From Eledone cirrhosa (Eukaryota), in contig OZ024741.1 in NCBI GenBank assembly GCA_964016885.1, forward strand, positions 166,346,001-166,410,000: a stretch of 64,000 nucleotides of DNA. Direction: 5' to 3'. Each line of letters starts with the position of its first letter. The first letter of the stretch is position 1. The notes beneath the pieces were generated by a model. The model was not told the origin of the DNA, made no database searches, and saw only the letters and a list, made by a program, of their open reading frames with translations. Below are positions 1 to 11,400 of the stretch, one piece after another. The position numbers and the translations under genes were made by a program.

Positions 1-490
1 AAAACTAAAAAATATTACATATTAAAAATAAAAATATTAAAAATATTAAAAATATTAAAAAATATTATTAAAAAATATTAAAATAATAAAAAAAATAAAA
101 ACATAATAGAAACATAATATGCCACGCAAATCGACCACAAAGATCAACCCTTCAAAATTAATTGACAATATATTGCCAAGTTCATTATAGGCATCAGAGT
201 CGAAAACAGATAAAGCTAAAAATTATTTACCAAATCGCGTCTAGCAGAAATCATTTCAAAAAAGTTTAGGATGCCCATTTGGTCTACATATGTTCTTATA
301 TTTAATATAGAAGTTTATCTAGTGTAACGTTTATTCGAAATATTTGGAGCATCAACTTTTAGGGTAGTTTAATTTTTCATGAAGAATGTTTAAATAAAAA
401 TAAAAATAAAAATAAAAAGAAGAATAAAAAGAAGAAATCGAAAGATTTATCGGCTAGTTTCCCAAATAATTATAAATCAAACCAAATATA

Positions 491-1153
491 CTACATTTTA
501 AGTTTAAATTTATATTTAAAAGTTGAGTTCAATCTATGTTTGCAGCAACTGAATAAATTTGTCCGTAGATTAAGGGAATTTTTAGATTTTAGTATAAAGA
601 ATATCTCCACCGCGCAGAGGTCACATGTCTCAGAGGATGAATTAAAAGGAGTCCCTCTTGAGACTATATTCCAAGCCGTCGAATATCTAACGTTATCTTG
701 CCTAAGTTGCCAGAGTATGCCTGATAGTGCTGTTGAAGATTTTTTGCTTGGATCTGTGAAAGAATTCTTGTGGTTATTATAGCGAAGTTTAAATTCCGTC
801 GATGTGGAACCGACATAGTTAAAAGAATTAGAGTCCGTTTTAACATTACAGTTGTATATTATATTTTTAAATAAGCAGTTGTTATTTAACGGACATTTAG
901 ATCTATCTCTACAGTTACATTTGTTAACTTGTATATTATTTATGCTATTATCGCTAGGTTTTAAGTTCCTATTATTTATTCTATTAATATTTTGTGCTAG
1001 ATTTTTGGTGGATGAGTAGGTTAATTTTATAGTATGTCTATTGAAAATTGAGTGATACCTATGTGTTCTAGGGAAGCGATTATCAAGAGCTTTAAAAAAT
1101 AGTTTAGCGATGTGGGTTTTAATGTTTAGTGAGAAAGGGGGGGGGCAAACCAT
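491..1153 (-). CDS. PLE C-terminal Cys-rich linker + GIY-YIG endonuclease (continuation of the RT ORF)
   Basis: CNC..CPL...CL, then NIIY...YVG.T...FKLRYNNHK, CDLC and a terminal CCKH. Joins the RT frame if the C9 run at 1137-1145 were C7 or C10. Confidence 0.9.
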   Translation of the reverse strand: MVCPPPFSLNIKTHIAKLFFKALDNRFPRTHRYHSIFNRHTIKLTYSSTKNLAQNINRINNRNLKPSDNSINNIQVNKCNCRDRSKCPLNNNCLFKNIIYNCNVKTDSNSFNYVGSTSTEFKLRYNNHKNSFTDPSKKSSTALSGILWQLRQDNVRYSTAWNIVSRGTPFNSSSETCDLCAVEIFFILKSKNSLNLRTNLFSCCKHRLNSTFKYKFKLKM

Positions 1154-2706
1154 ATTATGCTCCTAGTTCTATTTCTTTTTTGGCTTTTGGAATTATTGTA
1201 ATGCTTTCTATTATAGTTGTTAAGGTTGTGGCCGTAATTAAAATAGTTGTTATTTTGTTTAGTTTGTCTATCATTATCTATGTACATAATCTTATCACTA
1301 TATCCTGCGCTAGCTAACGCTTCATTGTAGTACTGGGCTTTTTCGTCGAAAATCTTTCTATTAGACGAGATTCTAGAGATACGTTTTTGAACAGAGTTTA
1401 CTATAGTGTTTTTGACAGATCTGGGGTGGTTAGAGTTAAAGCTGACATAGTTTAAGTTTTCATTCAACTTGTGAAAAGGATAGTGAAGACATGTGTTGAG
1501 ATTTAATGTTATATCTAGGAAATTGACTATTCTATGGTTGTTCTCAATTTCTATTTTTAGATTAAAGTAATTAAAAAATTGTGTAATTTGTTTTCTTTTT
1601 CTATTTAGTTCAGAGTTATTATTATCAATAAGTAAAAGCATGTCATCTCTATATAAACCTCCGGTAGTACCAGGTATTTTCCTATGTAGCGAATTGATTA
1701 AAAATAAGCCCACAAGGTCAGTTACCTGAGCTGAGTCGGATGATCCCATAGTAATGTCAAAATTGCTATCTCTATCTGCTCTGGTCCATAGTTGGTCATT
1801 AAATTCTATCAATGTTTTCCTAGCCGATAATATAATGTGCATTTCATTGCTAGTTAGGTCTGTATGTTTGAATGCGTAATTTAGTGCCTTATTTAGTAGA
1901 TTAGGGGTAATAGAAGAATAATAGTTAGCAATATCAAGTTGAATAAACTTATTATTATTGTTATATTTAATTTGCTTAAACCACTCAACAACCTCTCCAG
2001 TTCCCTTCCACAAGCTCAGGTTAGGTAAACAATCCAAGTTTTTAATTTGCTGTATCACCCTGTCAAGAATGTTTTTGCTTAATTTGCCCAGGTCCGATTT
2101 TGATGGTGCGATCAATCTAACTGGCAAGTCATTTTCAAAATTCCTTTTGTGATCTTTCATATTGATCTTCGGTTTCCTGGGCACGAAAGGTTGTGTTCTG
2201 TTCTCAATTTCCAACTCGTGCATTATACAAGATGCTTCGACATTCATTTTCTCAAGCTCGGCCTTATCTGCTACCTTGTACTTTTTCCTCAGTTCCTTCA
2301 GTATGAGGCCATTATACATGTCTTTCTGCACTCCATAGAGGTTGTTGGTCTTGTCAGATTTCACCAAGATCTTCTCAGTTTTCTCTAAGCTCTCAATATT
2401 ATCCTTAATGCCTTTCAGATATTCCTGACCTTTGAAGTTTCTCTTGAATTTGACCCTTTGTATGATAGAAATTATATCGTTTTCAAAGTCAGATAAAAGT
2501 TTGTTAGGGGGTGGATTTCTTTTAGATTTGAAAACTTTGTTTAAGTCCGAGACATTTTCATTTATATTAGATTTATCAAAGTGGAATGCTCGCCACCTGA
2601 TTCTCCTTATAAAAGATTCAGATTTATCTATTAATTGTTTTATAAAGTCTTTGTTTCTAGGTAGAGGTATGTCTTTTAAAGAGGAAGTAATCTTAAAGAA
2701 TTCCAT
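1126..2706 (-). CDS. PLE reverse transcriptase (N-terminal part of a single ORF broken at a poly-C tract)
   Basis: Motifs KSDKTNN, FIQLDIANYYSSI, FDITMGSSDSAQ, LYRDD, VNFLDITL, SNHP and IIWFAPP, typical of PLE RT and thumb. Confidence 0.92.
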   Translation of the reverse strand: MEFFKITSSLKDIPLPRNKDFIKQLIDKSESFIRRIRWRAFHFDKSNINENVSDLNKVFKSKRNPPPNKLLSDFENDIISIIQRVKFKRNFKGQEYLKGIKDNIESLEKTEKILVKSDKTNNLYGVQKDMYNGLILKELRKKYKVADKAELEKMNVEASCIMHELEIENRTQPFVPRKPKINMKDHKRNFENDLPVRLIAPSKSDLGKLSKNILDRVIQQIKNLDCLPNLSLWKGTGEVVEWFKQIKYNNNNKFIQLDIANYYSSITPNLLNKALNYAFKHTDLTSNEMHIILSARKTLIEFNDQLWTRADRDSNFDITMGSSDSAQVTDLVGLFLINSLHRKIPGTTGGLYRDDMLLLIDNNNSELNRKRKQITQFFNYFNLKIEIENNHRIVNFLDITLNLNTCLHYPFHKLNENLNYVSFNSNHPRSVKNTIVNSVQKRISRISSNRKIFDEKAQYYNEALASAGYSDKIMYIDNDRQTKQNNNYFNYGHNLNNYNRKHYNNSKSQKRNRTRSIIWFAPPLSH

Positions 2707-2928
2707 TTTTTCAGTTATAATATAAAGCGCTCAACAGTATTGGACAAGATACATGGAAAGTTATATTTAAATTGTTGGGTTACAACTAGTAAATATTTAT
2801 AACTGATATAAAAGCACTCAACAAGTATTTGGAGTATATTTACGATATTAAATAAATGGAAACTATATTTATAAAACCATATTTATTTCATTATATATAT
2901 TTCAGGGATATCATATTAACAATATGTT

Positions 2929-5555
2929 ATGCTTTTACTTATTGATAATAATAACTCTGAACTAAATAGAAAAAGAAAACAAATTACACAATTTTTTAAT
3001 TACTTTAATCTAAAAATAGAAATTGAGAACAACCATAGAATAGTCAATTTCCTAGATATAACATTAAATCTCAACACATGTCTTCACTATCCTTTTCACA
3101 AGTTGAATGAAAACTTAAACTATGTCAGCTTTAACTCTAACCACCCCAGATCTGTCAAAAACACTATAGTAAACTCTGTTCAAAAACGTATCTCTAGAAT
3201 CTCGTCTAATAGAAAGATTTTCGACGAAAAAGCCCAGTACTACAATGAAGCGTTAGCTAGAGCAGGATATAGTGATAAGATTATGTACATAGATAATGAT
3301 AGACAAACTAAACAAAATAACAACTATTTTAATTACGGCCACAACCTTAACAACTATAATAGAAAGCATTACAATAATTCCAAAAGCCAAAAAAGAAATA
3401 GAACTAGGAACATAATATGGTTTGCCCCCCCCCCCCCCTTTCTCACTAAACATTAAAACCCACATCGCTAAACTATTTTTTAAAGCTCTTGATAATCGCT
3501 TCCCTAGAACACATAGGTATCACTCAATTTTCAATAGACATACTATAAAATTAACCTACTCATCCACCAAAAATTTAGCACAAAATATTAATAGAATAAA
3601 TAATAGGAACTTAAAACCTAGCGATAATAGCATAAATAATATACAAGTTAACAAATGTAACTGTAGAGATAGATCTAAATGTCCGTTAAATAACAACTGC
3701 TTAGTTAAAAATATAATATACAACTGTAATGTTAAAACGGACTCTAATTCTTTTAACTATGTCGGTTCCACATCGACGGAATAATAACCACAAGAATTCT
3801 TTCACAGATCCAAGCAAAAAATCTTCAACAGCACTATCAGGCGTACTCTGGCAACTTAGGCAAGATAACGTTAGATATTCGACGGCTTGGAATATAGTCT
3901 CAAGAGGGACTCCTTTTAATTCATCCTCTGAGACATGTGACTTCTGCGCGGAGGAGATATTCTTTATACTAAAATCTAAAAATTCCCTTAATCTACGGAC
4001 AAATTCATTCAGTTGCTGCAAACATAGATTGAACTCAACTTTTAAATATAAATTTAAATTTAAAATGTAGTATATTTGGTTTGATTTATAATTATTTGGG
4101 AAACTAGCCGATAAATCTTTCGATTTCTTCTTTTTATTCTTCTTTTTATTTTTATTTTTATTTTTATTTAAACATTCTTCATGAAAAATTAAACTACCCT
4201 AAAAGTTGATGCTCCTAATATTTTGAATAAACGTTACACTAAATAAACTTCTATATTAAATATAAGAACATATGTAGACCAAATGGGCATCCTAAACTTT
4301 TTTGAAATGATTTCTGCTAGACGCGATTTGGTAAATAATTTTTAGCTTTATCTGTTTTCGACTCTGATGCCTATAATGAACTTGGCAATATATTGTCAAT
4401 TAATTTTGAAGGGTTGATCTTTGTGGTCGATTTGCGTGGCATATTATGTTTCTATTATGTTTTTATTTTTTTTATTATTTTAATATTTTTTAATAATATT
4501 TTTTAATATTTTTAATATTTTTAATATTTTTATTTTTAATATGTAATATTTTTTAGTTTTCTATTTTATTTATTTGTTTATTATTATTATTATTATTATT
4601 ATTTTTTGTTTTTGTTTCTGATATTTTTTATTAATATATTGAAATCTGTTCTCTATTTCTGCTTGATAGATAATCATGTAGAGTAAAGACAAGAATAGTA
4701 TTGTTAAAATTAATATAGACTCTATATATATGTGTATATATACACATATATGTATACTTAAATTTTTATAGCACAATGAGAATGTTCTCCGTGTGAAATA
4801 GGGGTTTGCAGAGTTGATCACGTAAATTCACATCGATGTCTGTAGTTATCATATAAACATATGAATTTTTAAAACTAGACATAGGATCATTACTTTTCAC
4901 ACATTATGGATACGTGTCTCATTCAGGAATACTGATATTTACATTATAGTGCCTGGTTTTTATACGAACTAATATTTCTACATTAAAACATAGGGTTTAA
5001 ATTCTGCCTCGCCTATGTCTGGTTACTTTCATTTTTCCCTCTATATAACGGCTGGTTTCTTTCCTAACCACATATATCTCCCTTACATTAATACTATAGC
5101 TAAATAAATAAATAAATAAATAAATGTATCATTGATACGTTCATTCAACGGATGTCCAACTACCTACTTTTCTCTATGTATATCTATCTCTATCTATTTC
5201 CTCTCTCTATATATATCTTTCTCTGTTTCTTTACATGAAGTTCTTCTCTTTATCTATCTTTCCATCTCTCTATTTTGTTGCATGCATTTCTTCTTTTTCT
5301 TCTTTTTCTTCGTTTTCTTTCTTTCTTTCCTTCTTTCTCTCTTTCTTTCTTTCTGTTTACAATTTTTCACTGCCAAATCAACTTTTTCAAATACAAGTCG
5401 ATGTTGAACGGTATGTCAAATCTATTTATCTATAAAACTGTCTATATTGTATTTTGTCTGAGGAAGGCATAACATATTGTTAATATGATATCCCTGAAAT
5501 ATATATAATGAAATAAATATGGTTTTATAAATATAGTTTCCATTTATTTAATATC

Positions 5556-5558
<3 letters not shown>
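2929..5558 (+). mobile_element. Inverted, 5'-truncated copy of the same PLE including 3' UTR and terminal repeat
   Basis: 2929-4560 is the near-identical reverse complement of about 1-1641. It carries a C14 run at 3425-3438 and a ~14-nt deletion near 3780, and ends in the HHR repeat followed by (TA)n. Confidence 0.92.
5448..5518 (+). ncRNA. Minimal type-I hammerhead ribozyme in the PLE terminal repeat
   Basis: TATTTTGT-CTGAGGA(5458-5464)-stem II AGGCATAACATATT/AATATGATATCCCT-GAAA(5496-5499)-palindromic TATATA-TA-ATGAAATA. Confidence 0.8.
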
Positions 5559-5600
<42 letters not shown>

Positions 5601-5642
5601 AAAAGTGAGTAAGGTTCTATACAAAACAGAAGTTATAGGGAA

Positions 5643-5850
5643 AAGGTGGAATTGGAAATAGCACGGAAAATATATTTAAGGATCTGTTTTTCTTTTTTTT
5701 TCTTCTTTGTTTCGTCAAAGTAACATTAGTGAAAAGATTCTTTAAAAAAAAGAGGTTTGTAATGTATATAAAATATATATATTGACGAATCAAAGAAGAA
5801 GAAATTATAAACTGATCTTTAAATATATTTTCCGTGCTATTTCCAATTCC

Positions 5851-5855
<5 letters not shown>
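5643..5855. repeat. Short inverted repeat (~45 bp arms)
   Basis: AAGGTGGAATTGGAAATAGCACGGAAAATATATTTA at ~5643 and its reverse complement at ~5818-5855. Confidence 0.8.
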
Positions 5856-5945
<90 letters not shown>

Positions 5946-5963
5946 CTATATATATATATATAT

Positions 5964-6769
5964 ATATTGTTATACTTTGGGAGGGTCATGTTGCCAATAA
6001 GAAACACACACGCAGCAGTTGCTTTCACTTCAATTTATTATAATAAATTTATAAATTTCCGGTTGGTTGGTTGGTTCCACAACCAGATGGTTGTTTATAT
6101 ATTGTCAAAGTTCTTTCGTCACACATTATGTGACCTCTTCAGTGACTGGGGATTCTTTTCTTTGTTTTTGTGCCTCTCCTTTGTTCTGTCCTACGCCATC
6201 TTGTTTCTGTGTGTGTGTTGTGTGCTCAGTCTGCGCATGCGCCACATCCGGGTGTCTGTGTGTGTTTATATTCGTTTATTTATTTGTTTATTTATATGTT
6301 ACTGGTTGGTTGTTTGTTCTATGTGCGTGTGTGTTTTCATTTTGTCCTTAATTGTAAGTTGTGATGTTGCTGTTCCACTCATGTTTTCTATTCGTTGTAA
6401 TTCTTTTATGTTTATTGCCTCTGTGACACCCGGATGTGGCGCATGCGCAGACTGAGCACACAACACACACACAGAAAAAAGATGGCGTAGGACAGAACAA
6501 AGGAGAAGCACAAAAACAAAGAAAAGAATCCCCAGTCACTGAAGAGGTCACAGAATGTGTGACGAAAGAACTTTGACAATATATAAACAACCATCTGGTT
6601 GTGGAACCAACCAACCAACCGGAAAATAATAAATTTATTATAATAAATTGAAGTGAAAGCAACTGGTGCGTGTGTTTCTTATTGGCAACATGACCCTCCC
6701 AAAGTATAACAATATCGGTTTCAACACACGTTTTCAGATAAAGAATCTTGCTAAACAAATTCAGAAACG

Positions 6770-6773
<4 letters not shown>
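5964..6773. mobile_element. Fold-back insertion (~290 bp arms, ~170 bp spacer) in (TA)n; probably PLE-terminal-repeat derived
   Basis: 5964-6256 is the reverse complement of 6425-6715. Related sequence occurs at 45340-46170 and 37610-37670. Confidence 0.75.
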
Positions 6774-6834
<61 letters not shown>

Positions 6835-6950
6835 AGCATACGCACATACGCACATATATCTATAGAATTTCTTCTTCTTCTTCTTCTTCTTCTTCTTCTT
6901 CTTCTTCTTCTTCTTCTTCTTCTTCTTCTTCTTCTCCTTCTTCTTCTCAT
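6773..6950. repeat. (TA)n and (TTC)n microsatellites
   Basis: Direct reading. Confidence 0.95.
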
Positions 6951-7263
6951 CCTTCTTCCCCCTCCTCCCTCCTCCTCCCCCTTCTCCATTACCATTACGT
7001 ATATCTGTGCCCAGACTAACCTTAGTTATTTCCAATGGTGAATCCTCGCAGTTTCCTTGATAAGACAGAACAGGCCATGATAAATAATACGGATGAAACT
7101 GTCTAACCTATCTATATCTATATGGATTCACAGCTCACAACCTTCACACTGACAAATGTTAACACGTTTCTATAATGTACATAGAGTATAATGTGTATAG
7201 AGTGATTCGTATATATTTACACACATGCACACGCACGCACACACACATATACACACGCATAGG

Positions 7264-7328
<65 letters not shown>

Positions 7329-7329
7329 G

Positions 7330-7432
<103 letters not shown>

Positions 7433-7442
7433 ATATATATAT

Positions 7443-7850
7443 GGTGGCTGCCAACTCGTTTTCGAGTACGGCCACTACTTTATATCCATGTAGGAGAACC
7501 CCTACGGATGCGCTGAACGAGTGTGACTTTTTAGTCCAGCCAGCGACTTGAAAACTCTGGTACAAACACTACACCTGTGACAATTATTGACACATAGTGC
7601 TGGGCCCATGGTACCATGTGACGACAAGTGCAGAGAGATCTCCAGATATAAAGCAATGCCTGTGCCGTGAAGCTTTTATAGTGAGCAAAGGCACTGCACA
7701 AAGCCAGTCCCACTCTCTTAACCAAGATGATATTTACCAAAAAGAAGAACAAGTCAACATCATTGGATACCATCAGGGTTGCAGGTGTTATATCAGAGTT
7801 TTCCTTCTCCTAGAATTCTGCCTTGACAAAGGCTAAGGGGTCATCTCTTC
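7443..7850 (-). mobile_element. Possible RTE-clade LINE 5' UTR fragment
   Basis: Minus strand reads CCTTAGCCTTTGTCAAGGCAGAATTCTAGGAGAAGGAAAACTCTGA, resembling RTE 5' UTRs as recalled; not verified by search. Confidence 0.35.
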
Positions 7851-7885
7851 CGTGTATGTATATATATATATATATATACATACAC

Positions 7886-8180
7886 GCAGGCATGGCTGTG
7901 TGGTGAAAGGTGATCGCTTCGCAACGACGTGATTCTATGTTCGAGTCACGCATGTGTCTTTTACTATAGCCTCGCGTTGGTCAATACCTTGTGAGGGGAA
8001 TTTGGGAGATGCAAACTGCAGACGTCCGTTGAATACACACACACTCACACACACATACATATATAGAGGCACGTGGTCTAGTGGTAAGGGTGTTTGACTT
8101 ACGATCATAACGCTTTGGGTTCTATTCCTGGGTTGCGTTTTGTGTTCTTGAGCAAAACTCCATTTCACGTTGGTCCAGGA
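7886..8180 (+). mobile_element. Two tRNA-derived SINE fragments
   Basis: A-box/B-box-like heads GCATGGCTGTGTGGTGA..GTTCGAGTC and GTGGTCTAGTGGTAAGG..GGTTCTATTCC; the second matches the SINE at 62453. Confidence 0.65.
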
Positions 8181-8399
8181 TGATTTCTTACGAATGATAC
8201 AATTCTAGTCTTGTAGAAGTCATTTCTATTATATATCATATTTACACATATATTTTTTCCTCCGCTGCCACCAGTCTGTTTCGTTCTTTGTGTCTTTACC
8301 CTTTCTAGCAGTCTCTCTCTCTGTTAGCCTCTTCCTCACCTTTCACTCACTCACTCTCTGTCACTACCTCTCCTCCTCCCCTTTCTTCCCGTTTGACCG

Positions 8400-8820
8400 G
8401 TCCGTAATCCTTTTCTCGCGGGCACTTGGCCAAGCCGGTATGAATTTTTTTTCTCTTTCTCTCGTCTGCGACTTCACAGAACTTATGTTTACCGAATTCG
8501 CAGACCAAACCCCTTCTTCCTCCCGTTAGACCTGTGCGAAATTCCTTCCTTGCTCACATTTCAACCAGGTTTGGTGGTCTTTATTCTTTCGTTCACGATT
8601 CCACCGAATTTATATTCATAGAAATCTGGGACTTGTTTCCTTCTTCATCACTTTCTGCTGCTTAAACCATTTTGTTTGTTTACCCTAGCGTCCCCTTTAT
8701 TTACGTGTCCCAACGACTTTTTTTCGCCGTTGCTCGCACCAACCTGAGGTATATGGCCTTTAATGCGACGAAATGCCTACGACGGTTGGATGGCCACTGA
8801 TGAGGACAAACTTTTTCATA
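8400..8820 (+). repeat. Interspersed repeat ending in CTGATGA next to (TA)n
   Basis: Inverted copy at ~46335-46565 and a diverged copy at ~44000-44345. Confidence 0.65.
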
Positions 8821-8854
8821 TATAACCCATTTGCAGCGCCGCAGCTCCATTATT

Positions 8855-8951
<97 letters not shown>

Positions 8952-8970
8952 ATATATATATATATATATA

Positions 8971-9158
8971 GGAACCAGTAAGACCCCGACAGCTGAGCTC
9001 AAGCCGTTTCGACGGCTAATTCTGAGAATTAGCCGTCGAAACGGCTTGAGCTCAGCTGTCGGGGTCTTACTGGTTCCTATTACCCACTCTACTACCTCAA
9101 GTATTGAGTACTTTGGTGCGTTATGGTCCACCTGGTTCCTTACCACATTTCCTTCGTT
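8971..9158 (+). mobile_element. Hammerhead-derived palindromic mini-element (family B) in (TA)n
   Basis: Perfect 53-bp-arm palindrome centred on 9024, plus a unique ~80-bp tail. Further copies at 37062, 37289, 37531, 38248, 40701 and 43056. Confidence 0.85.
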
Positions 9159-9217
9159 ATATATATATATATATATATATTATAGAGCATGTGTTTCAAA
9201 TACTGCAGTATTTAAAA

Positions 9218-9508
9218 CGGTCATGGGCAAGCTGCGGTCCGTGAAGCTTTCTGAATGGATCGCCTAAGTCACCTAAGTGAAATCTTTCTGATCTTTTTAC
9301 CCCAACTTTTCAGTTATAATTTATCTTTCTATCATTTTTACGATCGAGGAAAACAACGTGTACGAATTCTGAAGAAACAAATCAAAACAACCTGAGTTAC
9401 CGCCCTTTTGTTTAATGTGGGCACGAATGTAAATTAGCGCTTGCGGCCCAGCTAATGGTGAGCCATATCTCATGCGGCCCGCTTCTTGAAAAAGGTTGCC
9501 CATGCCTG
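9218..9508. mobile_element. hAT (Charlie-like) MITE
   Basis: TIRs CGGTCATGGGCAAG / GGTTGCCCATGCCTG, with 8-bp TSD ATTTAAAA at 9210-9217 and 9509-9516. Confidence 0.85.
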
Positions 9509-9559
9509 ATTTAAAAGATTAAAAGATTACCTTCGAAGTCACTGTCACTTTTCTACTTA

Positions 9560-9561
9560 GA

Positions 9562-9625
<64 letters not shown>

Positions 9626-9712
9626 GTGTGTGTATGTGCGTGTGTGTGTGTGTGTGTGCGTGTGTTTGTGCGTGTGTGTGTGGGTGTGGGTGTGTGTGGG
9701 GGGGGGGGTGTA

Positions 9713-9752
<40 letters not shown>

Positions 9753-9768
9753 TGTGTGTGGTGTGTGT

Positions 9769-9813
<45 letters not shown>

Positions 9814-9925
9814 TATGTGCGTGCGTGTGCGTGTGCGTGTGTGTGTGTGTGTATGTGTGTGTGTGTGTGCGCGTGTGTGTATGTGTGTGTGTGTGTATGT
9901 GTGGGTGGGTGTGTGTGTGTGTGTG

Positions 9926-9966
<41 letters not shown>

Positions 9967-10106
9967 CGTGTGCGTGTGTGTGTGTCTGTGTGTGTGTGTG
10001 CGTGTGTGTGTGGGTGTGCGTGTGTGTATGTGCGTGTGTGTGTGCGTGTGTGTGTGCGTGTGTGCGCGTGTGTGTGTGTGTGTGTGTGTGTGTATGCGTG
10101 TGTGTG

Positions 10107-10138
<32 letters not shown>

Positions 10139-10145
10139 CGTGCAT
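9560..10145. repeat. Long compound (TG)n microsatellite
   Basis: Direct reading. Confidence 0.95.
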
Positions 10146-11044
10146 GTGTACGAACGTGCGTACATACATACATACAATCATAGCTATTTTATAACACCTT
10201 ACTGCTTCTCTTTCACTCAATCTATATCTTTTCACGCGTTCTTTCTCAATTTACTTCACCTTCTTCCTTTTCTTGTCTTTCTCTCCACATCACTACTAAT
10301 TGTGTATTTTGTCCACCATTTTGATTTGCTCACTTTTCTGCATAAGCATATATGAACATAGTTACACCTATAAACATTGAAATATAGTCCCTTCTCCACA
10401 CAAACTATATACAACATACAGCTACACATTTTAGGCAACTAACACACTGACACCACAGGTACACACACATGTACAGATATATACGCACGTATGAATATAA
10501 TGAAAACAGCCACGTAAGATATATAAATATATAAATATATAAATATATAAATATATAAGACTAAATATATAAGTATATTTCTATACTTATTCCCCTGACA
10601 ACTTTTGGTTTACTTTTATTTGTTCTTTATTTATATGATCGAAAACTGTGATTTCCAATTAGCGATTGTGCTTGTTAATCACTCGAGCATGCTAATGTAT
10701 TTAATTTACCAATTAACATTGCTATCTTAATATCTTCACACTAGTTTGTTAGCACGCAGAGAGGCAATTCTATCACAGAAACTGTTAAAACGCTGTCAAA
10801 CATTTCTGAAACAGTTATTATATCACTGTAGATAGCAGTACATTGTTAATTATGTTTATTGAAGCTAAAAGATAAACATAAATAAATAAATGAAAGAATA
10901 TGAAAATGAAAACACTAATGAGAAATATTGAAACTAAATTTGTTGTATTATCCTCATCTTCTTTCCCATCAAAAAAGAAAGATTGTAACAACAACAACAA
11001 CAACAACAGACGCAGAAGCAACAACAACAACAGTATTAATGATC

Positions 11045-11400
11045 ATGGTTTCTAATTTGAGCACGAGTCCATCAATTTAATTAAATCGACCAGTAATCGC
11101 ACCTGTCAACTCTCACCGTCCGACGGAGAGATCTCCCACCCACTTTTTTAGGGTGAGTGAGAGATCTCTTCTCTTGTAAAAATGGGTATAGCTTTCATTA
11201 TGTAAAACCTCCACATTTTGCCTCATTTCTCCCCGTTTTGGGGCACTGTTTTTTCATGGTACTCCTCGTTTGGGTTTTTAGAGGTTGGCAGGTCTGAGTA
11301 ATTGACTGATACTTTATTTCATCAGCCCCGAAAGGATGAACAGCAAAGTGGTTTTCGACAGGATTTGAACTCAGAACGTAAAGAGTCGTAAAATACTAAC
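11045..11400 (-). mobile_element. tRNA-derived SINE (family A) interrupted by a MITE
   Basis: GATACTTTATTTCATCAGCCCCGAAAGGATGAA...GGATTTGAACTCAGAAC matches family A on the minus strand. Confidence 0.7.
11098..11296. mobile_element. MITE with imperfect TIRs and a 6-bp TSD
   Basis: CGCACCTGTCAAC ... GTTGGCAGGTCTG, flanked by AGTAAT at 11092-11097 and 11297-11302. Confidence 0.7.

Larger units (their letters stand above)
1..2928 (-). mobile_element. Penelope-like retroelement (Naiad-like); 3' end runs off the window start
   Basis: RT ORF (YRDD) followed by a Cys-rich linker and GIY-YIG endonuclease. The 5' region 2840-2932 is the reverse complement of the HHR-containing terminal repeat at 5466-5558. 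Confidence 0.93.

Noticed and set aside
4362-4410. Hammerhead at CTCTGATGCC
   Set aside because: The core is CTGATGC, not CTGANGA, and no suitably placed GAAA/stem III follows.
4170-4440. SECIS element in the PLE 3' UTR (some Naiad PLEs encode selenoproteins)
   Set aside because: No in-frame TGA in the ORF (Cys codons are present) and the ATGA..GA candidates lack a convincing helix.
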